Positions 44,601 to 53,242 of a stretch of 54,597 bases of DNA are shown here, one piece after another. Numbering within the stretch: the first letter of the stretch is position 1; the number at the start of each line of letters is the position of its first letter. The notes under the pieces are model-generated. The model ran no database searches, had not been told where the DNA came from, and saw only the letters and a list, made by a program, of their open reading frames with translations. A program made the translations under genes and the position numbers. Source of the DNA: a virus (Duplodnaviria > Heunggongvirae > Uroviricota > Caudoviricetes); the IMG/VR virus record IMGVR_UViG_3300026097_000012, positions 72,953 to 127,549 of that record. The stretch is one strand, 5' to 3'.

Positions 44601-45017
44601 GGAGAAGAATTCGTAAGAAACTCAACAACTGATAGATTATTAACAGTTGAAATGAGGAATTCAGAAAAAGTAGATTCTGCAAGAAAGGCGGTATTAGAAA
44701 GATTCTATGACATGGGATGTTCTAATGTAGAAGCAGCTAGATATTTTAAGATGTTATTCGAAGGTTCTGATATGTATACAGATGAGATTATTGACAAAAT
44801 AATAGCTGCATCTAGAAGACGTAGTGATGGATTTACAAAACTAATAAGAGCGATGTCGAATGCATCAGCAACAGATAGAAAACGATTTGTTCAGAAAGCA
44901 AGAGGTAAGGATTTAAATCAAATTAAAGAGCATTCAAAACTTATGATTGAAAGTATTGAAAATGCGGTAACATATTTACAATCATTAAAAAAGTCTAATA
45001 AAGATGGAAGCAAATAA
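41652..45017 (+). CDS. 1121-aa acidic probable capsid-internal protein with PcfJ-like segment
   Basis: N-terminus KHIKRIYEDFMMAE; internal YE/LNE motifs; STSWCL..QYVFFD..VGVTV segment. Confidence 0.75.
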   Translation: MAKNKHIKRIYEDFMMAEPTKTPTKTPTKTPKRRGPSPIRRDKPGVKPKPMAATAEEVYDRFINELKEADGEIDFDLKFLASKYKMEESQIVKGFAQYIYEASLEDNPGIPGEGENDDADKYLSDVEGRANQMKSDTRERYGRKIPQFMATVQEVQRLQAGHETQLEQLATDAIKEMYGSILDGVKLDIKFPEQEEMKDTMDPVDMDPPEMEEIEDENIKNEISKRKIANNITQGEAKNTKLILNMPFIADGLKDILGEEDGAKMVELLTEITNIASFFDWEIPIDVQKQMWQTKEGFAGTVEVDWEEPEDDQAEKTAEDIIASLESGDDLLDNGDELEDLFNETTPVIKARGKDFAMLIHETVKGIYQLISSIGIPEDEQVAQTVIMNTDTLSGELEDLRYGPYIASDLHRFIAGFEENDSIDNLKEHFFGKMMSMPAAEFLQFIRDILMNDDKATEQAQEIIDEIAEEIRDFEVDGISSYGDDEYDEENFEIDDYGKPSPTPLVGDDETYKAMSNVELQSLIDDALDNGDMEEVRRLASYLKESLRLKLEAKLEAINEAKYSHINSYSTFKKKEVISLNENIKDAKNFFIKRKAEDAGFDFSGLTEEEKERLEKDPQWVTLRKMIEDAGRVGDAVAFVKFMMDQKASLDILQTLMDLLRDPDNKPILKDLPRKSVSAYAKIPLKDGENPGYEMLIDDISKLKEQMAGRWIVKALVNKAGTRDYRGVEIPGAEPFNQKQAFKEASPEVQNELINVAYQLHQADPTGREIHGFKRKLGKFKSLEEIKQGLENKVAGLGSDLNDITDRVEKSDPGASVIWEGKNKLLTVFRSPETLGNICSSTSWCLLPSRYPGGHGMFYSYVNKDDSGTVQYVFFDHTKPASDQMHLVGVTVDKYGKVTHAHRKDDGDIKRHYGSDFSTYLDLFGIPKDEQELILNAIPSEAELIKDVTPFYKEIQQGRGDLGKIATNMIIRTEKRANQAKFKGEEFVRNSTTDRLLTVEMRNSEKVDSARKAVLERFYDMGCSNVEAARYFKMLFEGSDMYTDEIIDKIIAASRRRSDGFTKLIRAMSNASATDRKRFVQKARGKDLNQIKEHSKLMIESIENAVTYLQSLKKSNKDGSK

Positions 45018-45366
45018 TATTAAAAATTTTAAAGAATTCTCTAAACTTAACGAACAGGATGAAGAAGAAAGACCATTTAGATTATATGGAACTGGGTCTA
45101 CGCCTGAAGCTGAATTAATAGATTCACTTAAGTCATTAATCGAGGATATTAGAAAAGCTAATCCAATTGATCAAGAAAGTTATGATGCCATTAAGGCAGA
45201 TATTAGAGCTAAATCAGCTGCTATTAAATCTCATAAAAGCTATCCAGAACTTAAAAACGGTATTCCATGGCAAGATGGATTTATTAAACTAAGTGATTGG
45301 TCTGCTGAGTTAAAAGACGCAGTTAATGGACTAGCACAAAAAGCTAGTAAAAGAGGATTAGTATAA
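45004..45366 (+). CDS. probable capsid-internal protein
   Basis: N-terminal IKNFKEFSKLNE. Confidence 0.7.
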   Translation: MEANNIKNFKEFSKLNEQDEEERPFRLYGTGSTPEAELIDSLKSLIEDIRKANPIDQESYDAIKADIRAKSAAIKSHKSYPELKNGIPWQDGFIKLSDWSAELKDAVNGLAQKASKRGLV

Positions 45367-45872
45367 TGCTAAAACATCGAGCAAAAACCTTTAAGATATG
45401 GGAATCACTTCAGCCTGGAATGAGAATTCCAGATCAAGTTATAGTGTCAGATGAAGATATAAAAGATATTAAGCAAGTTCAATGGACTGATTTAGATTGG
45501 GAGCAAATCGGAGATGATGGAAATACTATGATATGGCTGAAGATGGTTCAGCCATTTACAGATAAAATAAGCAATGGAGTAGTTGTAGATATTCAATTAA
45601 TCCAAGATACATTTTATCAAATTCATATTAGTATAGCAGAAAATCTAAGAGGAATAGGACTAGGTACAAAAATATATAGAAGCATTATAGATTGGGCTGG
45701 ACATTTATATTCAGGAAAAGGTAGACGTCAAAATCCAATTATTAGTAACGTATGGAACAGTCTTAAATATGATAATGATGTAACATGTTCTAGTAATGAA
45801 ATTGGAGATATATGTGTAAGCAATAGGAATCCAAAAGGGGATGAATTGTTAAATATATTTAATTCAATTTAG
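45366..45872 (+). CDS. GNAT-like acetyltransferase with capsid-targeting-like N-terminus
   Basis: KTFKIWES; HISIAENLRGIGLGTKIY. Confidence 0.65.
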   Translation: MLKHRAKTFKIWESLQPGMRIPDQVIVSDEDIKDIKQVQWTDLDWEQIGDDGNTMIWLKMVQPFTDKISNGVVVDIQLIQDTFYQIHISIAENLRGIGLGTKIYRSIIDWAGHLYSGKGRRQNPIISNVWNSLKYDNDVTCSSNEIGDICVSNRNPKGDELLNIFNSI

Positions 45873-45873
45873 A

Positions 45874-46197
45874 TTATATAGATATCCATATTTTATTTGG
45901 CATCTCTCCAAACACGAACTCAGTGACGTGACATAACCAAACCGGGAACTCAAATAAATCCGATTTTAGATTATACCATGCTCCTCCATCATATGGCTTA
46001 TCATATGTCAAGCATATTCCATTCTCAATTGGTTCTAAACTAAGAGTAGTGTGAACTTCAGTTTCTCCCTGTGCAAGAATATCAAGCATAGTATCAGCTC
46101 CGCATACCATTTCAAGCTCCCAATGTTCTCCTTTCCATTCAGGAAGAACCACGTACCATTTATTATCTGCTTCTTTTTCAAACTTAAAGTATTTCAT
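45874..46197 (-). CDS. DUF6717-like protein
   Basis: WYVVLPEW..LEMVCGADTMLD. Confidence 0.7.
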   Translation of the reverse strand: MKYFKFEKEADNKWYVVLPEWKGEHWELEMVCGADTMLDILAQGETEVHTTLSLEPIENGICLTYDKPYDGGAWYNLKSDLFEFPVWLCHVTEFVFGEMPNKIWISI

Positions 46198-46381
46198 TAT
46201 CTAGTTTTATTATGATCTCATCCTCTTTTCTTTCATTAAGGAGAGTCAAAACATCAGAAGTAAAATCATCTTCTACAAACAGTGCATCTGCTCTAAAATA
46301 TTGTTTGACTCCTTTTAGTCCGTCTCGTTTATAATATACTATTAGACTTTCTTTGTTAACAAATCTTTTATTGAATCCCAT
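46184..46381 (-). CDS. conserved phage hypothetical protein
   Basis: MGFNKRFV start. Confidence 0.7.
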   Translation of the reverse strand: MGFNKRFVNKESLIVYYKRDGLKGVKQYFRADALFVEDDFTSDVLTLLNERKEDEIIIKLDNEIL

Positions 46382-46406
46382 TACTTTGTATTATTTTTTA
46401 TTTGTA
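46366..46406. repeat. 41-bp direct repeat, copy 1
   Basis: TTTTATTGAATCCCATTACTTTGTATTATTTTTTATTTGTA, identical to 48849-48889. Confidence 0.9.
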
Positions 46407-46446
46407 TATATACCATTATCTTCTAGATATTTAATACCGTCTTCCA

Positions 46447-46778
46447 TTATTTTGGTAAATTTTTAAAATAAAATGTAGTAGGTAATTCCTCTACATTATA
46501 ACCCTCTTTAATAATTTTCCTAGTTAGTGTATCTAAAATACTTACAGTATATCCACTACACACCCCATAATACGTCTTTTTACAATGGTATTCTGATCCC
46601 GAAACCCCATGAAAAATATACTTATCATCTGTTTCCTCTACTCGTTTAATACCTGAGTTGAGTTTCCATGATTCTCCATCTAGGTATCCCCTTTCCATGA
46701 GGCAAATATCTTATACACATTAGGTTCATCTTCTTTGGATATTTTTAAAACTATCCACCCGTGGGGTGTTTCTACCAT
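46447..46778 (-). pseudogene. Conserved T4-like small protein split by a 1-nt frameshift
   Basis: MVETPHGWIVLKI..YKIFASWK|GGYLDGESWKLNSGI; C run 46688-46691 one base short. Confidence 0.7.
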
Positions 46779-46781
46779 AAT

Positions 46782-47027
46782 TTAATCTAATTGAATATTA
46801 TAACCATTTAATATTTCTCTAATCCCCTCTCTAAGTCTTTCAGCTACTTCATATTCTATTTCAGTTGCTGATTCATTGTGTTTTAATATAGATACATCAT
46901 ACTTTGTAGTTGAGCGTAATAATTGGTCAATATCCCAAACTGCAAGTTTCCATTTATAACCGTCTAATGCTTCTTTAATTTCTACTTGTTCCTCAACACT
47001 ATCAAATTCTAATATTACTTTTCCCAT
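46782..47027 (-). CDS. conserved phage hypothetical protein
   Basis: ALDGYKWKLAVWDIDQ.LR. Confidence 0.75.
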   Translation of the reverse strand: MGKVILEFDSVEEQVEIKEALDGYKWKLAVWDIDQLLRSTTKYDVSILKHNESATEIEYEVAERLREGIREILNGYNIQLD

Positions 47028-47072
47028 AATTTTTTCTTTTAATATACGAAAAATATTTCAAATTTCCTAATT

Positions 47073-47555
47073 TCAGTTATTTATATAGTTTTCAATTGTT
47101 TTTAAATCTTCTTTTAAAAATTTAATTTTAGCTTTACCAACAAACCCGCTAGCAACCGATTCAACTGGTTTGCTATTATAATAAGCAGTATAATACATTT
47201 TTATTTTATTTTGCGTTTTCTTTACCTTTGAAACACTTCCGTATTTTTTAGATAGTTTATATATACCATCTTCCATCACAGATATTCTAATCAATTCTTG
47301 ATAAAAATCGATTAATTCATCACCTCTTACAAAAATACTTTGTGAATAAAAACCTTCTCTGATGGTTGGGTATTTATAACCGCTATAAATGACATGTTTA
47401 TAATAGGTATCACTGGTACTCTTAATCACTTCAAAATCTAATGTTTTAAGATTTAGGATATCATTTGTATGTTTTTCTACTCTTTCTTGTCCAAAAGAAA
47501 ATGTTGTTATTAAGGCAAACAACATAACCATCATTACTTTTAAATTTTTCATCAT
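47073..47555 (-). CDS. secreted hypothetical protein
   Basis: Signal peptide ending TFSFGQ. Confidence 0.7.
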   Translation of the reverse strand: MMKNLKVMMVMLFALITTFSFGQERVEKHTNDILNLKTLDFEVIKSTSDTYYKHVIYSGYKYPTIREGFYSQSIFVRGDELIDFYQELIRISVMEDGIYKLSKKYGSVSKVKKTQNKIKMYYTAYYNSKPVESVASGFVGKAKIKFLKEDLKTIENYINN

Positions 47556-47585
47556 TTTTTATTTTTTATTTACTTACTCTTTTAC

Positions 47586-47858
47586 TTACTTATTTTTTAT
47601 AGTTTCAATCAAAACTTGGCTTTCTTTAATACAACCATTCTTGTTAGAATTTCGTATTCTTTTAACTTTACATGTTTCATCAATAATCACCTTTATATTA
47701 AACTTCTTTACATGATAATCTTCTACTAAGCCTTTGAATTTATCTTTAAGTTCTACAACATACTCGCATATTTTTGATATATGTGAAATATGTTCTTTGT
47801 GGATTTTTATTGAAACTTTACCACCTTTACTTACTTTAATCTTTGTTTCTGCTTTCAT
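47586..47858 (-). CDS. basic hypothetical protein
   Basis: ORF in block. Confidence 0.55.
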   Translation of the reverse strand: MKAETKIKVSKGGKVSIKIHKEHISHISKICEYVVELKDKFKGLVEDYHVKKFNIKVIIDETCKVKRIRNSNKNGCIKESQVLIETIKNK

Positions 47859-47886
47859 TACTTATTTGATATAGTTTATCATTTAG

Positions 47887-48813
47887 TTAATTTTTCATCA
47901 CTTTAAAAAATTGGTTATTAACTTTAATAATATATGCTCCTGGTTTTAAACCAGCAACATCTATTTCTTTATAGATTATATTTGAATCATTATAAAAGTT
48001 ATCTGAATATAAAGTCTTTCCCGACATATCTAAAATTTCAATATCCAAATCTTGTGATGAATTTCCAGTTATGCTAATTTTATCAGTTACAGGATTAGGA
48101 AAAACTTTAAACTTATCAGTTTCACAATCTGTGGATAAAGGTCCAAAGTATTCATATTGCCCATCAAAATCAATTTGCTTTAAACGGTAATAATTATATT
48201 CTGTTTTACTTCTATAAGTATAATTGCTTTCAGAAGTTTTATTTCCTTGTCCTGATAATGTATCAATAATTATAAAGTTTTCACCATCATAAGATGCTTG
48301 GATTTCCCAATGTGAAGAATTATTTTCTGATTCTGTGGTCCAATTTAAAGTGAGAGTGGATTCACAATTAAGAGTGAAAGATGAAAGTTCAACTGGTAGC
48401 ACAGAACCTATGCATGCAACTGCTCTAACACTATTAGCGGTATTAAAATTACATCCACTATTCAGATGTGAATAGAATCTAATAGTACCCGTGAATGGTG
48501 AAACCCATTGGAGTGGATTTCCAAATGTTGGAGTACCGAAAGTATAAATTATATTACCTATATTATCTGCTATTGTAACAAAATAATCATTAAAAGAGGA
48601 ATACGCATCAAATAAGTAAATATTTCCTTGTACCACATTAACAGTTGAATATTCACCCGACCATGCATTTCCTACCCCATAAAAAGTACCATCACAACTT
48701 TGGTTTTGGGTTTGAATATTAAATGTTGGCCATTGCCCGTACGGAGCATTAGTACATTGTGAATACACAACACTTCCAATAAATAACACTAATAATAATA
48801 ATAGTTTTTTCAT
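47887..48813 (-). CDS. secreted protein with T9SS C-terminal sorting domain
   Basis: Signal peptide; LPVELSSF..YYRLKQIDFDG Ig-like domain; FKVFPNP..LKPGAYIIKV..KVMK CTD. Confidence 0.85.
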   Translation of the reverse strand: MKKLLLLLVLFIGSVVYSQCTNAPYGQWPTFNIQTQNQSCDGTFYGVGNAWSGEYSTVNVVQGNIYLFDAYSSFNDYFVTIADNIGNIIYTFGTPTFGNPLQWVSPFTGTIRFYSHLNSGCNFNTANSVRAVACIGSVLPVELSSFTLNCESTLTLNWTTESENNSSHWEIQASYDGENFIIIDTLSGQGNKTSESNYTYRSKTEYNYYRLKQIDFDGQYEYFGPLSTDCETDKFKVFPNPVTDKISITGNSSQDLDIEILDMSGKTLYSDNFYNDSNIIYKEIDVAGLKPGAYIIKVNNQFFKVMKN

Positions 48814-48848
48814 AATTCATTTTATTTTATTTTTACTTTTAACCCATT

Positions 48849-48889
48849 TTTTATTGAATCCCATTACTTTGTATTATTTTTTATTTGTA
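48849..48889. repeat. 41-bp direct repeat, copy 2
   Basis: Overlaps 3' end of CCA-enzyme gene and an MGFNKKWV stub. Confidence 0.9.
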
Positions 48890-49599
48890 GGCATTAACCA
48901 AAATCCTTCTCTCATCATGATATGTGCAAACAGTTGCGGGTTCCATTCCTGTAGCAAATTTAATATTTTGAAAGAGTTAAAAGTGTCATGCTTAAACATT
49001 TTTGTTAATTCCTCTCTTATTCTGTCGTCAGACACAACGATCATTAATCTAAAATCAAATGCTTTAATAGCATCTATGATTTGATCACTAAATCCAAAAC
49101 TTTTAGTTACTGAAAATCTGAGCGCTCTGATGATTCGCAATGGATCATCATTAAAACTTATAGCAGCATCACTTGGGGTTCTAAGGATCATGTCATTTAA
49201 GTCCCTGGCACCATTAAACGGATCAACTACTGTTCCATCTAATCCTTTTGCCATAGCATTTACTGTAAAGTCTCTTCTGTCTAGATCATCTTGTAAAGTT
49301 CCTATTTCAACTACTGGTTTTCTAGTTCCAGTTATGTAACCTAATTCTTTTCTAGCCATTACGAAATCAGCAACTCCAGAATGTTCATGATCTTCTGGAA
49401 ACATTGCCCTAACTGTAAAACAATCTACTGTTTCTAGAAAGATTTTGAATCCATCGTCTTTTAATCTCATAACCATTTGATCAAATGCTTCTACTGGATT
49501 TCCCCAGTCTCCTTCCATTACAACTGTGTAATCGATATCCTTACTTTCGAATCCTAGTATTCCATCTCTAATATGTCCGCCTACTTCGTATAATTTCAT
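48874..49599 (-). CDS. cca: CCA-adding tRNA nucleotidyltransferase / poly(A) polymerase family (no HD domain)
   Basis: VGGHIRD..DIDY, RRDFTVNAMA, DDPLRIIRALRF. Confidence 0.88.
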   Translation of the reverse strand: MKLYEVGGHIRDGILGFESKDIDYTVVMEGDWGNPVEAFDQMVMRLKDDGFKIFLETVDCFTVRAMFPEDHEHSGVADFVMARKELGYITGTRKPVVEIGTLQDDLDRRDFTVNAMAKGLDGTVVDPFNGARDLNDMILRTPSDAAISFNDDPLRIIRALRFSVTKSFGFSDQIIDAIKAFDFRLMIVVSDDRIREELTKMFKHDTFNSFKILNLLQEWNPQLFAHIMMREGFWLMPTNKK

Positions 49600-49606
49600 A
49601 ACTATA

Positions 49607-50065
49607 TTATACTATTTTAAATATCAGTGTTTCTATTAAATCATCTAGATCTTTTGCCTGTGGTATGTTATATTTAGAACATACAATATCAACATTTCCT
49701 TTTCTCCAGAATCCATTGGGACAGCATACTATTACTTTGTCAGATTTAGCGTGAAGTCCTAATTCAAGCATTGATATTGGAGATTGAGTATCAGGATCAA
49801 AGTATATAATAATCCAATCGGCTACTTCAAGTGCATTCAATTCCCAATTTACCTGTTGACTAAATTGAGGATCTCCTATTTCTTGTTTCCATTTCGAATC
49901 CCAACAGTCTCGTCTAGGATTAAAAAAAACTATCGGATGTACCGATAGTTTTCTTATTACTTTTTCTTGCCACCTTTCAGCTTTTCCCATTTCTATACTT
50001 CCAGCTAAAAATACAGAAGTGTGATATGATGGATAAGAAAGTGGATGCGGTGCTTGTATTTCCAT
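49607..50065 (-). CDS. nucleoside 2-deoxyribosyltransferase-like protein
   Basis: VFLAGSI..NPRR..QVNWEL..SPISMLELG. Confidence 0.85.
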   Translation of the reverse strand: MEIQAPHPLSYPSYHTSVFLAGSIEMGKAERWQEKVIRKLSVHPIVFFNPRRDCWDSKWKQEIGDPQFSQQVNWELNALEVADWIIIYFDPDTQSPISMLELGLHAKSDKVIVCCPNGFWRKGNVDIVCSKYNIPQAKDLDDLIETLIFKIV

Positions 50066-51798
50066 TATGCCACATCTGGTATTTTAGTCAATGAATCAAT
50101 TCTAGATCTAACTTCTGTTAAAGTAGTCTCATTATAGAATTTACCATCTTCATAGATCACCTGAAGGATTCCTTCGGCTTCTTGTTCTGGAGTACATTCT
50201 GTAATTACCTCATGATCCTCAGTTACACAGATCATTCCTTTAAGAGACTTCTTAGTTCCATCATCCGTGATTGGATCCTTAAAGATATTATGTCCAGTTC
50301 GAACTCCATTCTCAAGAATCTCAAACCAAGCTCCTTTGGCCGCGAATCCGAAAGTATCTCTTGTATTCATTTGATAAGTGTACGATCCGATTCCTAATAC
50401 AATATTAGTTGCGGCAAATCCTTTTGCTTCTAATCTCTTATAGATTTGAACCTGACGATCAAGTGTAATTGAATCTCCGTAGATTGCTCCGATATGAGAG
50501 TCTAATACTTTATAACCATTTTCATTTGTAGTTCCACTGAAGATGTTCCACAATAATTCGATAACTCCAATGTCTGCTGGAGTTGGAGTATATTCTACAG
50601 CTTCAACTTTAGGATCAGAATAAGAAAGATCCATGTAGTAATATTGCTTATCGTGGCGATTCCATTCAATACCACTAACTGTGATGTCGTAATATTTGTC
50701 TCCTAATTTGAATCTCATTGTATGCTCAGTCGGTCCCATCTCTCCATGCGGAGTATCTTCTGCGATCCAATCTGTGATTTCTTCTTTTGCATACTCCTTT
50801 AGAGTTTCAAGATCCTCTACTCTTGGGCCATAATCTACTACGTTAGATAAGGTTCCACAAAGAATATCTACTGGATCTCCTGAATCAGGACGGATAACTA
50901 ATTTACCATCTCTACTCATGATTTGCTCTTTGTTGGCAACTAAGTATTCGGTAATTAATTTCCACAAGTCAAACGTATCAGATACAACAGATAAGATTCC
51001 ATTTGGAAATTTATCCATGAAGTATTTAAGCATCTCGCTTTCTCCCATTGTAAAGATACAAGTAGTAGAAACTGAGTGTTCTGATGCGTTAACTGAATTG
51101 ATACATACTTCGTTATCTGGTTCCCCATAGAAATAACGAGCAGCTGGGATAACAGCTAAAGTATCTGAACCTCTAAATGAAGTTGCATGTCCTAATCCAG
51201 ATGCGATCATATCCCATGGACTTAATCCTCTTGCTGAGAAATCATGGCACATAAACGGAATAAGGAATGCAGATGCTGGATCTGTTTTCATTACCCACTC
51301 TTCCAATACTCTTCTATATTGTAAGGCAATAGTTGCGGATGTTGTTGGCTTCCAAGCAAGAGACGAAATTAAAGTCTCTAAGAAAAGAGTCAACCATGCG
51401 AATCCATCAACTGTGTTAATGAACGTCATATGAGGAACGTTAGGTAAAGTCTCAATTCCTTCAGGAAGAGATTTAATTCTAACTGGTAAGTAACCTAAGT
51501 CGTGAAGTTCAGCGAAGTGATCTCCGTTGAAGTCCATCCCAAGATACAATGACATATCACTTGCAAATTTCATTGCTTCTTCTTTTGGAAGATTAAAGAA
51601 ATTCTCTGTGAACTCATCATGTAACCATCTCATCATCAACGATTGACCGAATGAAACGATCTTACTGATTCCTTTTGGTGCATGCTTTACACTTCGCGGA
51701 ATCCATGTCCCATAGAGACGAGACGTTCCAGGTGCTAGCATTAATTTGTGACCAATCTTGTAGCCATCTGTGTAGAACAAACTATTTGGTGAAAACAT
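50065..51798 (-). CDS. nicotinamide phosphoribosyltransferase-like (NARP1 Namat candidate)
   Basis: TDGYK, HDFSARG, ASEHS, SVVSDTFD, IRPDSGDP, IYGDSIT, TRDTFGFAAK. Confidence 0.9.
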   Translation of the reverse strand: MFSPNSLFYTDGYKIGHKLMLAPGTSRLYGTWIPRSVKHAPKGISKIVSFGQSLMMRWLHDEFTENFFNLPKEEAMKFASDMSLYLGMDFNGDHFAELHDLGYLPVRIKSLPEGIETLPNVPHMTFINTVDGFAWLTLFLETLISSLAWKPTTSATIALQYRRVLEEWVMKTDPASAFLIPFMCHDFSARGLSPWDMIASGLGHATSFRGSDTLAVIPAARYFYGEPDNEVCINSVNASEHSVSTTCIFTMGESEMLKYFMDKFPNGILSVVSDTFDLWKLITEYLVANKEQIMSRDGKLVIRPDSGDPVDILCGTLSNVVDYGPRVEDLETLKEYAKEEITDWIAEDTPHGEMGPTEHTMRFKLGDKYYDITVSGIEWNRHDKQYYYMDLSYSDPKVEAVEYTPTPADIGVIELLWNIFSGTTNENGYKVLDSHIGAIYGDSITLDRQVQIYKRLEAKGFAATNIVLGIGSYTYQMNTRDTFGFAAKGAWFEILENGVRTGHNIFKDPITDDGTKKSLKGMICVTEDHEVITECTPEQEAEGILQVIYEDGKFYNETTLTEVRSRIDSLTKIPDVA

Positions 51799-51808
51799 AA
51801 CTCTGGTT

Positions 51809-52216
51809 TTAAAAGTTAACTTCTTGTAATTTTACGTCTTCTGCAGAATACGTCACATTAACTGATTCGCAAATTCGACATACATACCATTCAGAGTAAC
51901 CCATAAGTTCTCCTGCAAGTTCCATAACGTAGTCGTATTTTTCGTCATCTGACATTCCTTCCTTTGGAAGGATTGCTGGATTCTCATCTAGATAATCTAT
52001 GATGATTCTCTCAGCTGTTGACTCTTTACCTTCACATAGGTTTCCGATTCCTCCTCCACCATTGTTGTTTGAAGCAAATACAGATTTACACAAATCAACG
52101 ATTGCTTTTGCTCTATCTTCTGATTGAACTGTTTTAAATTTTGTACGGTAGTTGTCTCCATCATTTTCCCATGATGTAACTTCCAACGTATACCCTTTTT
52201 TTACTACTGTTTTCAT
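51809..52216 (-). CDS. conserved phage hypothetical protein
   Basis: VTSWENDGDNY motif. Confidence 0.75.
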   Translation of the reverse strand: MKTVVKKGYTLEVTSWENDGDNYRTKFKTVQSEDRAKAIVDLCKSVFASNNNGGGGIGNLCEGKESTAERIIIDYLDENPAILPKEGMSDDEKYDYVMELAGELMGYSEWYVCRICESVNVTYSAEDVKLQEVNF

Positions 52217-52218
52217 CC

Positions 52219-53082
52219 TTATATGATTTTTTGTTGATGTACTAATTCTACGTCATCAATATCTCGAACTGAGTTCGTACAAAAGATTCCGTCTAAGTAT
52301 TCACTTAGTTTGTCAAATCCACCTGAGAAAATTCCATGTGTTACCACCAAGAAGATTTTATCATCTGGATGTTCTGATGTTGGGCGCTCTTCCTTGATTA
52401 CTTTTGCAAGTTCAATGAAGGTTCTTCCTCCATCACAGATATCATCTACGATAACGAAATTCATAGGATCTTTTACCCTGTCTAATCCGGGAACTGATAT
52501 GTGAGTGATTCTGCCGGTCTTGATATCTCGATGCTTATTTGCAATAATAAGATTATCGAGTGAGAAGTGAGCGGCAACTTCGTAAATTTTCTTTAAAGCT
52601 CCAGCATCTGGGCTAACTAATGTGATACGTTCTTCAGCATCGTAGGCACTATCAATTTGATTCAATGCAAACTTAACTAAAGAGATATTATTTATCTTGT
52701 AGTAATTGTTTAGACATGCTTCTAATACATCAGAGTGCGCATCAACTACCATCACCTCCTCATAATTCTGAGAATTAATAATTGGACAAATTACTGTCTT
52801 CAAATAGTTTGAACTACCTTCGATAAACTTTCGATCTGATCTTGCTCCTAAGAAATAAGGAACATAAAGTGAGATTCGCTTAAATCCTAATTCTCTCAAT
52901 GCAGACGTCGCACTTAAAATAAGTTCTAAATCAAGAAATGAATTTAGATGAGAGTGTATTACGATGTTTTGTTCGCTTTCTTCCTGTGGAAGTCGAATAT
53001 GGACTGTTACTGATTGCTGTCCATCTGGAAATCTAGAGATTGTAAAATCTTCGCTTCCTTCGTTATTTAGTTTTAATAACAT
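52219..53082 (-). CDS. ribose-phosphate pyrophosphokinase-like (NARP1 Adps candidate)
   Basis: FPDGQ, PYFLGARSDR, DAHS, SPDAGA, IVDDICDGGRTF. Confidence 0.9.
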   Translation of the reverse strand: MLLKLNNEGSEDFTISRFPDGQQSVTVHIRLPQEESEQNIVIHSHLNSFLDLELILSATSALRELGFKRISLYVPYFLGARSDRKFIEGSSNYLKTVICPIINSQNYEEVMVVDAHSDVLEACLNNYYKINNISLVKFALNQIDSAYDAEERITLVSPDAGALKKIYEVAAHFSLDNLIIANKHRDIKTGRITHISVPGLDRVKDPMNFVIVDDICDGGRTFIELAKVIKEERPTSEHPDDKIFLVVTHGIFSGGFDKLSEYLDGIFCTNSVRDIDDVELVHQQKII

Positions 53083-53242
53083 CTTTTCCGGCTTTAGTTA
53101 CTTCGTTAGCAGTTTTTGGATCAAATAATATGAAATGATTATTCGCAAATGTACCATGTGCTCCACTATTTAGAGCAATCTTCTTCTTGAATCTTTCAAA
53201 TTCCTCTTCTTTAATCTTTCCCCTTGTTTGTTTACCTGCCAT
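53063..53242 (-). CDS. 59-aa hypothetical protein (KQTRG motif variant)
   Basis: TAATG coupling with 53242-53586. Confidence 0.5.
   Translation of the reverse strand: MAGKQTRGKIKEEEFERFKKKIALNSGAHGTFANNHFILFDPKTANEVTKAGKDVIKTK

Noticed and set aside
50472-50481. Reverse-strand near-match to the decamer in the NAMPT-like gene
   Set aside because: Only 8 of 10 bases match, and it is explained by the conserved IYGD codons.
1704-52504. Antisense or shadow ORFs in the track (e.g. 1704, 2074, 10860, 13715, 14832, 21947, 26107, 29650, 36405, 42134, 50182)
   Set aside because: They overlap better-supported genes on the opposite strand or frame and lack leaders.
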